Shown here in pieces: positions 48,094-62,096 of a stretch of 64,000 nucleotides of DNA. Origin of the DNA: Takakia lepidozioides. Taxonomy: Eukaryota > Plantae > Bryophyta. The position numbers and the translations under genes were made by a program. Under the pieces are notes generated by a model that was not told the DNA's origin, did not search any database, and saw nothing but the letters and a program-made list of their open reading frames with translations. Numbering within the stretch: position 1 is the stretch's first letter; each line of letters begins with the position of its first letter. The stretch spans positions 28,768,001 through 28,832,000 of the forward strand of contig CM060731.1 of the NCBI GenBank assembly GCA_030704615.1, in the 5' to 3' direction.

Positions 48094-51000
48094 AGGCGGT
48101 GCTCATCTTGAGCCCCCCATTTTCTTCCAAAGTGCCCTCCAAAATTTACTTGTAAACTTTGGATCGCGGTCCGAGACAATATCCTTCGGAAGTCTATGAT
48201 GCTTGAAGACGTGGGCGAAGTAAAGTCGCTTCGTCTCCTGCGCCGTTGCCGTCTCTTTGGTGGGAATGAAATGGCCCATTTTACTGAACCTATCCACCAT
48301 CACCATGATTGCATCGAATCCTTTTGACAACGACATAGCAGTCATGAAATCCATCGAGACACTTTCCCAAGACCCCTCTGGAATCGGAAAGGGTTGTAAC
48401 AGCCCCGTTTGCTTTTTGTACTCACTCCGGTTTTGTTGGCATGTGGTGCATGTCTTGACATACTCCTCGGCCTCTTCCCTCAGTTTGGGCCAGAAATACT
48501 CTTTTTTCAAGAGTGCCGCAGTGCGCTTGGCTTCGCCGTGGCCCGCAAGTAGGTCATCGTGGCATTCTCTTAGGAGACTATCTCTGATCCCTCTCTTCGG
48601 CACGTAGAGGCGCTTTTGCTTGTACCGGAGCAGTCCATTATGCAAGTGGAACTGCGATTTCACCCCCATCCTCAAGTCCCGCATCACGGACTTCGCCATC
48701 TCATCATTCCGATAAGCCTTCCGGATCTTCCTTTGGAGCGTCGTCTCGCCCCTGTACACCAACATGAGCTGCTGCTTTCTACTTAAAGCATCGGCCACCA
48801 CATTGTCCCGTCCCGGTTTGTACTGGATATCCATGTCAAACACCGCCAAAATGTCTTGCCACCTAAGTTGTTTTGGGGACAACTTAGGCTGCGTGGCAAA
48901 ATACTTCACCGTGACATTGTCCGGGAACACCTTCACCGGGTTGGAACCAACATAGTGGCGCCAAAGCTCAAAGCAATGCACCACCGCCTTCATTTCTTTC
49001 TCGTGCATATGCCACTGTCGCTCCACTTCATTCAGTTTCTTACTTTCGTAAGCCACTGGACGTCCATCCTGCATGAGCACACCCCAATTGCGAAGTCCGA
49101 CGCATCTGTATGAATCTCAAATGGATGGTCGAACTCAGGGATTTTCAAGACTGGAGCTTCCGCCATCCGCTACTTTAACTCGGCAAAAGCTTGGCCACAA
49201 AAGGTGTTCCATACCCATACCTTGGACTTACACAGAAGGTCCGACAGCAGCCCCGCGATCTTGGCAAAATTTCTCACATACTTTCGGTAATAGGAGGCGA
49301 GTTCTAGGAATGATCGCACTCCCGGGACCGAAGTTGGAGGCTCCCAGTCCAAGATCGCTCTCACCTTTCTGTCATCCATTTTGATCCCATCATGTGTAAT
49401 CACATGCCCTAGGAATTCCATTTTTGTGACCCTGAATTCGCACCTGGAAGCTTTGGCGTACAGCTTCTCTTCCCGCAATTTTCGGAACACCCTTTTGAGG
49501 TGCTCCGGGTGCTCTTCCTTTGTTTTTGAGTACATCAAGATGTCGTCGATGTACACGATCACAAAGTCATCCAGCCACTCCTGGAAAAGGCTATTCATTA
49601 GCGTGCTAAAGGTTGCGGGTGCGTTGGTGAGCCCAAAAGGCATCACCAAGATCTCATATGAGCCATATCTTGTCATGCACGCGGTCTTCTCCTCATCTCC
49701 TTCTTCCACTCAGATTTGATGATAGCCGCAGCGCAAATCGATCCGGCTGAAATATTTCGCTCCTTCCAATTGATCGAAGAGGTCGTCGATCATTGGCAAA
49801 GGGTACCGATTTTTTATAGTCACCTTATTCAGAGCCCTGTAATCAACACACATCCGCAACGTCCCATCCTTCTTGTCTGCGAATAGCACCGGGGCTCTGT
49901 AAGGTGACTTGCTCGGCCGGATGTACCCCTTTGACATTAGATCTTTGAGCTGAGCCTTCAGCTCGACCAACTCTCTGTGGCTCAACCGGTAGGGCGCCTT
50001 AGCAGGCGGCTCCGATCCCGGTCATCCTCAATCTTGTGGTCAACTCCTCGCGGTGGCAAGCCGCTTGGTAAATCCTCCGGCATCACATCCTGGTATTTCT
50101 CCAAGATCCCCTTGATCCAGTCTAGGCTCGGCTCCCTATCGTCTTCTCCTTCTATTTGTCTTACGTAAAGCAAAAATTGGGGCTCGTGTGGCTCCTTCAC
50201 GGCCCACTCCTTTGCTGACAGTAGGTTTATTTTCCCTCCTACTCGGTTGGGCATTTCCGAAACCCGTAAAACTTCGCCACCATTCCCACATGGTAGCGTG
50301 ACTATTCTCTTGCGGCCATCTATGACCGCTCCGGATTTGCTCAGAAAGGTCATCCCCAAAATGAGATCCACTCCATCGATCTCGCAAATGGTGAATATCT
50401 CACGTCCCTCCCAACTCCCGAGTTGAAGAGGAACATCGAATACCAACCGCGTCGCCAATTGTGGTTCTCCTTTGGCAGAACGCACTTCAATGGAGGCCCC
50501 CACATCACTTGTCGGGAGCCCCAGCTTCCGGGCCGTTGCCGGTGTCATGAAGGAGTGTGATGCTCATGTGTCCACCAACAACGACACGTTAGTTCCGGAA
50601 ATTATCCCACTCACGAACATTAACTGATTCCCTTTACGCAAGGGGCCAGTCTCCTGATACAACTCACAAGAGTAGTTGCCTACTTTGCAAATCTTGGCAA
50701 CCACCGCTTCCACCAAGCGGCTAATGAAATCTTCGGACAGCTCCGTGGTCGCCCGAGTCATGTTCAATTGACGGGGCTTCGCGCACTTCTTAGCCATGTG
50801 CCCGGGCTCCCCGCAATTAAAGCACACTCAATCGAAGGTTGTCTTCTGTCCGCCATAAGCTGTCGCACCTGATTTTCTTTTCGGAGCACCAAGTGCCGCC
50901 GTGACGTGTGAAGGACCTCCCTTCAATTTCCATGTGCCATTGTCGCCGCGTGGCTTATCCCACTTCTTTTCTGGTCGGAAGGAGTCACCCTCCCGCCGAG

Positions 51001-52588
51001 TCTTCTTGTGGTTCAGCTCCGTACGGCCTTGTCTTTCGTCCCTAGGAACATCCGAGAAACATTCAGCCCTTTCAATTGCCTCGTTCAAAGTCTTAGGTGG
51101 CTTCTCCTCCAACTTCCGCCTGGCCCATCGGGCCAGTCCCGCCACAAAGTTGAAGACCATTTCTGGTTCTGCCATATCTGCGATTTTGAGCAACAGCACA
51201 TTGAAAGCCTGAACATATCCCCGGATGTCATCCGTTTGCTTCAAATTCCTCATCTTGTCCCGAGCGAGCCAGGACGCATTGAGGGGCACAAACTGTCTTT
51301 TCATAAGTTCCTTGAACCCACTCCAGCTCAAGGTTTCTGGATTTGGACCTTGGTCATGAAGGCGTTTCTGCCAGCATTGTTGAGCATAACCCCTCAAATA
51401 GGTGGGAGCCACTTCCACCCGATCCTCGTCATTCAACTTGGCCGCCCGGAAGTACTGCTCCAGCTCCAAGAGCCAGGTGTTGAGTGCCTTCCGATTTCGG
51501 ACGCCCTCGAAGGTGCCGGGTTCCTTAGGCGTCACCTTAAACTTTGTCTTCGTGGAAGTGGCATTAGCCGCCCTCAACACGTCTTTCAACGTCCCGCCAA
51601 ACTGCGCTAACAACCCTTCCCAAAAGGCTGCCGGCATGGGAGACATCTGTTGGTCTGCCGGAGCCTCCGGGAAGTCCTCCGGCTCCGACTCCCTAGATTC
51701 CTCCCGTTCTTGAGCGGCCTCGCTTTCAAAAGCATGAATCGCCTCCTCAAATTGCCGCTTCGGTGACACGTCGCCTCCACCGAGCTCACCAGGATCATCA
51801 TCTTTTAGACCGTTCCACTTTCGCTTTGGCTTGCCCGAATGATGAGGCCGATCTCAAGGACGATCGCGTATTGAACTCTAAGCTCTGATACCAAGTGTCG
51901 CGCACCTCACTTCGGTAAGCTCCCCTTCAAGTCATAGTTACTCGCTTTGATGCGCGCGCCTAACTCCCAAACTGGCTGCCGGGCCAACTCGGAGCTTTGG
52001 CTGCTCACCGGGACATAACGGTCCCCCTTTGCTCCTCCACAAGACCCTCTCTCAATTTGGGCCTAGTGGAAATTCCCTTTGGTTGTTGGCAGTCCGGAAC
52101 AGCTCCCCACACCTACTCACTAGTTTTTGGTCACCAACGGGCTTGCACCGTTCTCGGGGTTACTACTCCCTATATATACTTCTGTGACTGTCCGCGGGGG
52201 TTTCACAAACAATACCGTCCCTTTATGGCGAACCACCACGAAGACCCTCCATTCCCGGTGGTGAGTCGTGGGGAGTCTTGGGACTCATCACGGTCCCATT
52301 GGACCGTGATGAGTCCCAAGACTCCCCACGACTCCCACCACAAAGGTCTCCGCCCCATGGTGAGTCCTATGCCACCCCCACTAAGTCCTACTAAGCTACC
52401 ACCACCCCTCGTGGAACCACCCCCACCGCAACCCGGTGTGCGGGGCTCCACCTAGTGAGCGCCTCCGCCTCCTTGAGTGCCTTGGGCACTCAAGGGTGCT
52501 TCAGCCCCCGTACCTATTGTGCCCCCACCACAGGGGCAGCCCCTCTTGTGTCCCGACCCCCCTGCCCTCAAGGCAAAGGGCCGCGACA
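48094..52588 (-). mobile_element. 5' part of a Met-primed Ty3/gypsy element A (chromovirus-like, possibly Galadriel): LTR, PBS, gag, PR, RT, RH, partial INT
   Basis: LTR 51896-52588; PBS TGGTATCAGAGC 51882-51893; gag 50828-51769, CFNCGEPGHMAKKC, LVDT, YIDDIL, RPVAYESKKL, VSMDF, IVSDRDPKFTS; cut by C at 48093; its 3' part is not in the window. Confidence 0.93.
51896..52588 (-). repeat. 5' LTR of element A (693 bp)
   Basis: TGTCGCG..CGCGACA termini; homologue at 10413. Confidence 0.93.
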
Positions 52589-53260
52589 AAAGTAGTTAGT
52601 CATCAATGAAAGAGACAACTGGGTAGATAGAAATTAAGCCGATAGAGTTATTAGCACACGACATGCTGTAAATATAGGTAGGTGAGGTAACCGATATAAG
52701 ACCTGTAAGTTTGTGTCTCGGATCACCGTTCTTGAGGAGATCTATTATAGTAAAGCTTGAGTTTTATGTTGGTGAGTTTTCAACACTGACATGGATAAGG
52801 AGCTTAAGGATGACCTGAAGCCGGGCCTACTAGACTGAAATTTAAACTGAGGGTGGGAAGTCTACCTTTGAACAATAAACAGATGCAGAGAGATTGTCAA
52901 TGCCCAATGTGTGGGCGGCCTGAAGACAATATCCATTGTCTGATATAATTTCCGGGGTATTCTTATAACAGAGCGACCCTCTTCAGGAACATCAAAAGCA
53001 TAGTCCATGCACCTTTGTGCACTCAAGATCACACTTTAGGCTGAGCCTAAAGCCCTGCTCTGTTGGAGTCTAAATGTTGGGCTGATCACACACAACAGAT
53101 TGATGCTTGTGTGAGGGGCTTCCTAGAGGAAATCTGGAAAGCCCGGACCAGTTTTTATATCACAGTAATTCCCACCAGTGCAGTGATCCCCTCTCAAAGT
53201 TAAGTGTTTGTTCCCTTTTGTTCCGCCACATTGGGCGCGGGGTCCATGACCACAAGGCTA
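52589..53260 (-). repeat. Probable older LTR remnant
   Basis: Begins TGTAGCCTTGTGG on the minus strand; 53097-53260 is homologous to 6034-6198. Confidence 0.45.
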
Positions 53261-53606
53261 CAACAAACATGAGTACTTGACATAAATTAAGGCTGAGTGA
53301 ACCTTTGGTTGGAAGAAGTGGCAACTGTGACAATTGAATGTGATGGATGATTGCACCTGCAGATTACGACAAGGACAAAGCTTGTGTTCTACAATGCCAA
53401 GGTGGCCTGGCGTTTGAAAACTGTCTTTGTTGAGGGCCACCAGTCTTGCACAAACTCATGATCCACCATGTAGGATCGCCCTATGAGATCGCTATGTGAA
53501 ACGCCTCCGCCTGACATCTATACGAAGACATCTATCAGTGAGGTCCACGAATACATATGATATCCTGCAATTGCCGCAGGGTCCACGCTCCCAGCTTCTC
53601 CTACGG

Positions 53607-53862
53607 ATGCATGCCTCAGAATTTTGTGTGGCCTCGTCGTAATGAGGCCGCAGGGTGCAGAGGGGATAGGGACCTGACAATGGGCCCCGCTACATTAAAA
53701 CGATCCCTATTCCCCGTTTCTCTTATTCTAGCGACAACCGATGGTCGAAAGCTAGTTAGCGTAGAGCAGGAATAGGGTGCCATAGTGCCACATCATCGTC
53801 GCCACGTTTCATCGCCATGTCATCGTAGCCAGGTCATCGTAGACACGTCATTGTCGTCGTCA
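53607..53862. repeat. Dispersed repeat shared with 63.4-64.0 kb
   Basis: 53616-53725 matches 63785-63895 directly; 53752-53860 matches the reverse complement of 63540-63640. Confidence 0.8.
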
Positions 53863-53884
53863 ATTTCTTTGGAACCTGCCCAAA

Positions 53885-56800
53885 ATGCCCGAAAAGCAGC
53901 ACGGGGAAGGGCGTGCTCGAGCGCGGAGGGGTTTCACGCAATGTGGTGAGGGCACCTTCTTCTTCGACCTGTTTCAGCCTGTTTTATCTCTCATGAGACT
54001 CGGCCCTGAGATCCTGTTATCAGAGTCGTCCCTAAATTCTGATGTTGAACTCTGCAAGGTAGCTTGTTGGTGGATCTATGGTGGTTTTGGAGTGATTTTA
54101 ACATGTTACTGCCAATGTGGCAACTGGAAAGAATCAAAAAACAGATAACAGAGACGAGGAGAAGCTCTGGAATGCTTACCTCAACGATGACGGCAACTTC
54201 TGAAAGAGGATCAAGAGAGGGAGTCTACAATGCCTCTTCTGGCACTTCTGCGCATGTGAAGATGCTTTGTGAGGCATGCAGACTGAAAGAGGCTCTCTGC
54301 ATAGATAGCTGAAGGAGCAGGGATAGAGGGTGGGTCCAGATTCATCTAAGAGGGCCGGATTTCAAGCTCCAGATCACCTATGATTCCCTGTGGAAGGACA
54401 GGTACAAGAAACAGATGGTCAACTGCAACCCACAGCAGCAGCGGTCAGACACTGCTAATGAAGGCACCTTCTTCAACACATTTCACCCTGTTTTTCCCTC
54501 TTATCAGAATCGGCCCTAAATTTCCGTGTTAAGTATCCAGAAAAAGGTAATAGAGCTGAGGAGAAGCTGTGGAATGAATACTTTTCCTGACCCCAGTTAA
54601 TGGTGGGACAACCGAGGCAAAAAGGTGAATGCATGTTGGATTACAGAGAGTAGCAGATGCAATAGAGCATACAAACTAGTGTGATAAGTTGAGTTGGGTG
54701 TTTCCTAGAACTTCAAGCTCCAAATTACCTATGATTCCCTGTGGATCAATACCTACAAAAAACCAGCATCGGTAGATGGTCACCTAAAGGCAGCAGCTGC
54801 AGCGGCACCTTTGCTAAAATCAGGCACCTCAACCATGACCACAACTTCTGCAAGGGGATCAAGAGAGGGAGTCCACAATGCCTCTTCTGGCACTTCTGGG
54901 CATGTGAAGATGCTTTGTGCAGTAGGCAGTCTGACAGAGGCTCTATAGACTTTAAACAAAAGAGGCATTTCAGCAGATTCAGATACGTATGCCTGTCTCT
55001 TGCTTAAGTGCATCAAGATGGAAGGTCTGGAAGCTGGAAAGCAGATGCACACTCACATTATCCAAAGTGTATTCCCGCCAAGTGTTCTTCTACTCAACAC
55101 CCTTGTCTACATGTATGTTAAGTGCAGGAGCATCATGGATGCTCACCAAGTGTTCAACAGAATGTCTCAACCATCTTACGCGATGCTTGCAGGGTATGCA
55201 CAGCAGGGGCGTGGTATGGAGGCCTTGGAGACCTATGATCAAATGATGGGGGAAGGGGTGAAGCCCGACCACATCACGTTTCTGTGCATTTGCAATGCGA
55301 GTGCAAGCCTGGCAGCTCTGGAAAAGGGTGAAGAGGTGCATGGCGACATTGTCAGAGCTGCAATTGTATCAAATGTCATTCTGAACAATACCCTCATGGA
55401 CATGTATGAAGGGAGTGTTTGACAGTATGGCTAAACAAGATGTGGTGTCAGTGCGATGATTGCAGGATATGCACAACAACGGCGCGGGATGGAGGCTCTC
55501 GAACACGATGCTTGCAGGGTATGCACAACAGGGGCGCGGTATGGAGGCTTTGGAGACCTATGAGCAAAAGATGTGCGAAGGGGTGAAGCCTAACCACATT
55601 ACATTTGTTTGTGGTTGCAATGCGTGTGCAAGCCTAGGAGCTCTGGAAAATGGGAAAGAGGTCCATGGTGACATCGTCAAAGCTGGAATTGCACCAGATT
55701 CATCATGAACACTGCCCTGGTGGACATATGCCAAATGTGGGTGGATCGAGGATGCGAAGGGAGTTTTCAACACTGTGGCTGAACGAGATGTGGTGTCGTG
55801 GAACGCGATGCTTGCAGGGTATGCATAGCAGGGGCACGGGATGGAGGCTTTGGAGACCTATGAACAAATGATGGGGGAAGTGGTGAAGCCCAACCACATC
55901 ACGTTTGTGTGCGTTTGCAGTGCGTATGCAAGCCTGGCAGCCCTGGAAAAGGGCATGGTTGCATCGCCAAAGCTGGAATTGTACCAGATGTGGTTCTGAA
56001 CAATACCCTCGTGGACATGTATGCTAGATGTGGAATGCGATGATCGCAGGATATGCCCAACATGTTGTCATAGGGAGGTCCTGCAACTATTTGAAGGAAT
56101 GCAAAAGAACGGCTTGAAGCTGGACAACCTTTATATGTGTTCTCTCTGGATGCAACCACACTGGCCTACTGAATGAAGGAAGACACTACTTCGATTCCCT
56201 GAGTCAAGATCATGGTATCACTCCGACAGTAAAGCACTTTGGCTGCATGGTGGACCTTCTTGGACGTGCGGGACAACTGGATGAGGCAGTGGACCTGATT
56301 AATAAAATGCCAATCAATCCAGATGTTGTGGTGTGGAAGGCCTTGCTTGGTGCCTGCAGAATCCATGGCAATGTGGAGATGGCTAAACGTGTGGCAACAT
56401 CTATCCTCAAGTAGGATGAACATGATGCCGCGACTTATGCGTTGCTATCAAACATCTATGCTGCAGCTGGCAGGTGGGATGATACTGCACAAGTGAGAAG
56501 ACTGATGAAGGTGAGAGGGGTTAAAAAAGAGCCAGGTCGCTGCTGCATTGAGGTTGGCAACAGGGTGCACACCTTCGTTGTAGATGACAAGTTGCATCCC
56601 AGAATTAAGGAAATCCATGCTGAGCTGAGAAGATTGTTTGGGCAGATGAAGGAGGTGGGGTATGTGCCTAACACGCGCTTTGTATTGCATGATGTGGGGA
56701 GAAGGAAAAGGAATTTTCTCTTTGCCACCACAGTGAGAAGCTGGCCATTGGTTTTGGGCTGATCAGACGACCCCTAGGACGCCTCTCCGTCTCATCAAGA

Positions 56801-56937
56801 ATCTTCGAGTGTGTGGTGACTGCCACACCTCCACCAAATTCATCTCAAAGATTGTTGGCCGAGCAATTGTTTTACGGGACGCTAACCGCTTTCACCACTT
56901 TGAAGATGGGATTTGTTCTTGTGGTGATTACTGGTGA
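53885..56937 (+). pseudogene. PDF-PDF-PLS-E-E+-DYW PPR pseudogene
   Basis: PDF exons at 54155, 54339-54420, 54558-54624 and from 54712; PLS repeats; [49 protein letters not shown]; many stops, frameshifts and deletions. Confidence 0.9.
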
Positions 56938-59447
56938 AAGGATGTTTTCCTGGAAAGATGTGAGTGTCTTGCTTCATTCATTGATCTGTGTAGCTACACA
57001 GACCATCCACCATTTCTTGGGAGTATTGACCATCATGGGGTCTACCCGGCATAGGTGGGAAGTCAGCCCATGCACTTGACTGAAAGGGTGTTTTTTGACT
57101 GATTCTGGTGACAGTGGATGGAACTCAGAGTGTTGTCCTAATTCTGGGTTTGGGTGGTGGAGCTTCTCCAAGGCTTGAAGATGGAAGTGAATACAAATTT
57201 TAATGAGCTTGATGAGAGGGGCAGCCCTGTGCACAAGTTTGTTCAACATCTTAAATTTGGACATGTTTGTTTGTTTCTCGTGATGTGGCTTTGGATGGAG
57301 CCCTCGACAAACTTGCATGAATATTGTCACAAGCTAGCCTTAACCCACCAAGATCCAATCCCATGGTGGCTGCTTGAAAGTTCATATAGTGATTGTAAGC
57401 GTATTTGGGTATGTTGTTATTGATTGATGCAGCTTGACTGCCTCACACTATAACATCGGTTTGTGCATGTTGGAGTTCAAGGTTGGGGGTAACTACTTGA
57501 GCTGCCAATCTCAAACAAGCCGAAAAACTGCTCCTCCTTGTGGATCTACAAGTTTTTCTCTTTCTTTCTTTCTTTCTCTCTCTCTCTCTCTGGTCCAGCT
57601 TGTAATTTTAGTTTTTGTTCCTGCAGGTTCTGAAGCATTTGTTGATGCATAGTCCTCCAGAACAAGCTCTGATCCTGTTGCCTCGCTGCTGCCAAGTATG
57701 AATGGATTTGAGGTGTCTCATCACGTGTGGAAGTGTCTGCATATTGGGCAGAAAAGGGGGTTCAACTCCCCCTCACTTCTTGGCAGGATTTACCAAGCAT
57801 GGGTGTGGTAGGAATACCTTGGAGACCTATGAGCAAATGCTGCGCGAAGGGGTGAAGCCCAACCACATCACATTTGTTTGTGTTTGCAATGCGTGTGCAA
57901 GCCTGGGAGCTCTGGAAAAGGGGAAAGAGGTCCCTGCTGACATCGTCAATCTGGAATTGTACCAGATGTCATTCTGAACACTGCCCTGGTGGAAATGTAT
58001 ATCAAATGTGCGTGCATCGAGGATCCCAAGGGAGTGCTTGAAAGTATGGCTGAACGAGATGTGGTGTCGTGGAGTGCGATGATTGCAGGCTATACACAAC
58101 AATGATGCGGGATGGAGGCTTTGTAGACCTATGAGCAAGTGATGTGCGAAGGGGTGAAGCCCAACCACATAACGTTTGTTTTTGTTTGCAATGCGTGTGC
58201 AAGCCTTGGAGCTCTGGAAAAAGGGAAAGAGGTCCATGGTGACATCATCAAAGCTGGATTGTACCAGATGTCATCCTGAACACTGCCTTGGTCGACATGT
58301 ATGCACGGGATGGAGGCTTTGGAGACCTATGAGCAAGTGATGTGTGAAGGGGAAAGGGGATTCCACGCTTGGATTGCCCTTGCATTCAGATGCTGCCCTC
58401 CACAAGCCTGGCACCCTGGAAAAGGGCAAGAGGTGCACGGTTGCATCACCAAATCTGCGAAGGGAGGGTTCGACACTGGATATGGTGTGGTGTCGTGGAA
58501 CATGATCCTTGCAGGGTATGCACAGCAGGGGCCCGGGAGGAGGCTTTGGATACCTATGAGCAAATGATGGGGGAAGAGGTGAAGCCCGACCACATCAGGT
58601 TTGTGCATTTGTAATGTGTGTGCAAGCCTGGCAGCCCTGGAAAAGGGCAGAGGGTTTATGGTTGCATCGCCAAAGCTGGAATTCTACCAGATGTGGTTTT
58701 GAACAATACCTTCGTGGACATGTATGCCAAATGTGGGTGCATCGAGGATGTGGAGGGAGTGTTCGACCATATGGCCAAACGAGTGTGGTAGGCTTGGAGT
58801 CCCATGATCGCAGGATATGCACAGCAGGGGCACGGGATGGAGGCTATGGAGACCTACAAGCAAATGATGTGGGAAGGGGTGAAGCCGGACCACATCACGT
58901 GTGTTGGTGTTTGCAACGTGTGTGCAAGCCTCGTAGCCCTGGAGAAGGGCAGAGAGGTTCATAGTGACATTGTCAAAGCTGGAATTGTACCACATGTCAT
59001 TCCGAACAGTGCCCTGATGGATATGTATGCCAAATGTGGGTGCATTAAAGACGCGAAGGGAGTGTTCGACAATATGGCTAAACGAAATGTGGTGTCTTTG
59101 GAGTGCCATGACAGCAGCATGGGTGTGGGATGGAGGTTATGGAGACCTATGAGCAAATGATGCGGGAAAGGGGTGAAGCCAAATCACATCATGTTCTTGT
59201 GCATTTGCAATGTGTGTGCGAGCCTGGCAGCCTCGGGAAAGGGCAAAGAGTCCATGATGGTAACATCATCAAAGTTGGTGTTGTACCAAATGTCATTCTA
59301 AACACAACCCTGGTGGACATGTATGCAAAATGTGGTACATCGAGATGCGAAGGGAGCGGTCGACAATATGACTGAATGAGATGTGGTGTGACCTGGAACG
59401 TGATGATTGCTGGATATGCCCAGCATGGTTGTCATATGGAGGCCCTG

Positions 59448-62096
59448 GAGGGCAGCAAAGCCGTGAGCAGAACCCGTGAGCAGATTCCTGGATGCGTGAG
59501 CAGATTCAAAGCGTGAGCAGATTTCTGATGCGGACCCCAAAACCGTGGGAACAAGTGGGCCTATTGCCGTGGACGCCAACTTCACTACAACGACGCAATC
59601 TCCGCTCCATTGGACCGAAGACAGACAGATTCCACGACGACAAAGTGGCACGAATGCACGATGAAACATTCACGGATGAATGGATTTGGGATGGACGTAA
59701 AAGTGAGATGGATGAACGTTGGATGAAGCACGGATGAAAAGTTGTCCAGATGAGAGACTATGGACGACTGTATGAGCATGTCTCGTGAGGGATCAACAAG
59801 CGCAGGGACCAGGCATTAAGGTGTCGTCAACGACATCTTAAATCGCATGCTCAACATGAGAAATGATCCCATGAAAATCGTTGCAAGAAAAAAAATCTTG
59901 CCTGGAAAAAACCATAGGGGGGAGTTGTAATCCTGCTCAGGGAAGCACGTATTAAGATGTCGTCAACGACATCTTAATCCCCTGCCCTGTTTGGACATGG
60001 GAATTTTACCAAACAGGATAAAACACTATATATATATATATATATACCCCAAAATGGAGAAAGGTTTGGGTTTACTAGAACAAAGTGGATCCATGAAGAG
60101 TGACTGGAAAAAAAAACCGTTTTTATCCCCCCCCCCCCCAACCAATGTGCCAGATTAAGGTGTCGTCAACGCCATCTTAATTCCCAGCAAGTTTCCAAAA
60201 ATAAAAATAAAAATCTATTTTATTTTATTTTCCCCCTGAATGTGCCAGATTAAGGTGTTGTCAACGACATCTTAACTCTCAGTACGAGTTGGCACATGAC
60301 AATTCATGGAAAAACAAAAAAAAAACCCAAAAAAAATCACACAAAAAATTTCAACCCAAAAAAATCTAATGGCGAACAGCCTTGGCGGTAAGGCGGTGTG
60401 TGTGCAGGTGCTAGAGATTAAGGTGTTGTCAACGACATCTTAATTCCCAGTACGAGTTGGCACATGACAATTCATGGAAAAACCAAAAACCCCAAAAAAT
60501 TTCACCCAAAAAATTTCAACCCACAAAAATTTGATGGCGAACAAGCCTTGGCGGTAAGGCGGTGTGTGTGCAGGTGCTGGGGATTAAGGTGTCGTCAACG
60601 ACATCTTAATTCCCAGTACAAGTTGGCATATGACAATTCATGGAAAAATCAAAAACCCCAAAAAAATTCACCCGAAAAAATCTGATGGCGAACAAGCCTT
60701 GGCAGTAAGGCAATGTGTGTGCAGGTGCTGGGGATGAAGGTGTCGTCAACGACATCTTAATTCCCAGTACGTGTTTTGAAATGTTTATTTATAAAGCACG
60801 AGTTCACCTCTCTGCCTTCTTTAGATTTGGGTGTGAGCATTTCTCTCAACCTTGGAGACTGTTTGATTCAAGGTGGCCTCAACTCTGCACCTCTGCTTTC
60901 AATTTCAATGTAGTCTTGTGTTGTTCTGTGTTGTGCCATTATTTTGTTTGATTGCTATTTGAGAGATGGAATTAAGATGTCGTTGACGATACCGTAAATC
61001 CATGCCCTCTTGGGATGAGTTTGCCATGAATGAGGATCTTACATGGTCAGATTTTTTTGAAAGTTGCTAACAACAGTTATGGAGTCCTGCCTCTTAGTGC
61101 CTGGATTAAGATGTCGTTGACGACACCTTAATCCTGAGAGTGAATTGCAGCCATTTTGGGATCTTTTGGGATGGAGTGGGACGAGCAGCTCTACTCTCAA
61201 GTCATCGCATCGCACCTCTGTCTGGGGGACTGAGAACATTGTTATGGAGCAGGATCTGCAAAAGCCCAATGCTCTGGATGTTGATTCCGATTTCTCATGT
61301 GAGTAAGTGCTAGTTCAGTTCTGGCACTTCACTGACACGACGGCACATCCTTCTATTTCCATCTTTCTTGCACAAGTTGGGCCAGCAGAATGTATGTGGA
61401 CTTACATTGTTTGTGTGTGTGTACAGGAGCCCAAGGTCGCCACGATTCCTCCCTTTCTTTGCAAACCCGCAATTTTTCCCAAGTCCGAAAGCAGATTTTA
61501 AATTGCCATATTATGCGGAGGCTGCAGCTTCGGAATTTAGTCTCCTCTCTTCTCCCCCTGTTGTGCTTTTAAACAGAGAGGGTTTTGTGCAAAGCAGGGC
61601 TAGTGTCTTCATAGACAGTTCTGCCTTCATTTTGGACGCCGACTCCGGTAGCATAGAATATTCTTCGTCGGAATGAATCTGCAGTTTTTAAACTATTTAG
61701 TTTGAAGCACCAAATGGCCTCTCCACCTTCTTTGCAATTGTGTGTCAGCAACTATGTCGACTTCTGATACCTAGTGAAAGGACAATCACAACCCTCACCA
61801 GTGGGTAGAGGTTCACTCTAGAGCTAGGTGGATTTAACAACCACTACTCAAAAGTTTTGCATTCATCCACAAACTACATTCATCCATGTGCCATTCGTCG
61901 AACATACTCCCTCATTCATCCATCGTTCATCCATCATTCATCCATAACGATGAATGAAGTATGCATGATATACTATACAACCCGCAGTAATAGGTCTTCT
62001 AGGCCGAATAGGTGTCCGCGGTTATAGGTGAGCACATGCAGAAGCGTGAGCAGAATTCTGCTCACGGAATTTTCTGCTCACGGTTTAGCAATCCCC
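59448..62096. mobile_element. Non-autonomous Mutator-like element (2,649 bp)
   Basis: Perfect 9-bp TSD GAGGCCCTG (59439-59447; 62097-62105); imperfect 25-bp TIR ending CCGTGAGCAGAA; subterminal CGTGAGCAG repeats; no transposase seen. Confidence 0.9.
59815..61135. repeat. About 9 copies of palindrome ATTAAGATGTCGT-CA-ACGACATCTTAAT, including ~166-bp tandem units at 60245-60770
   Basis: Copies near 59815, 59951, 60154, 60249, 60417, 60583, 60734 and inverted at 60971, 61105. Confidence 0.88.

Noticed and set aside
61368-61676. Coding capacity in the small MULE
   Set aside because: Short ORFs with no transposase or other motifs.
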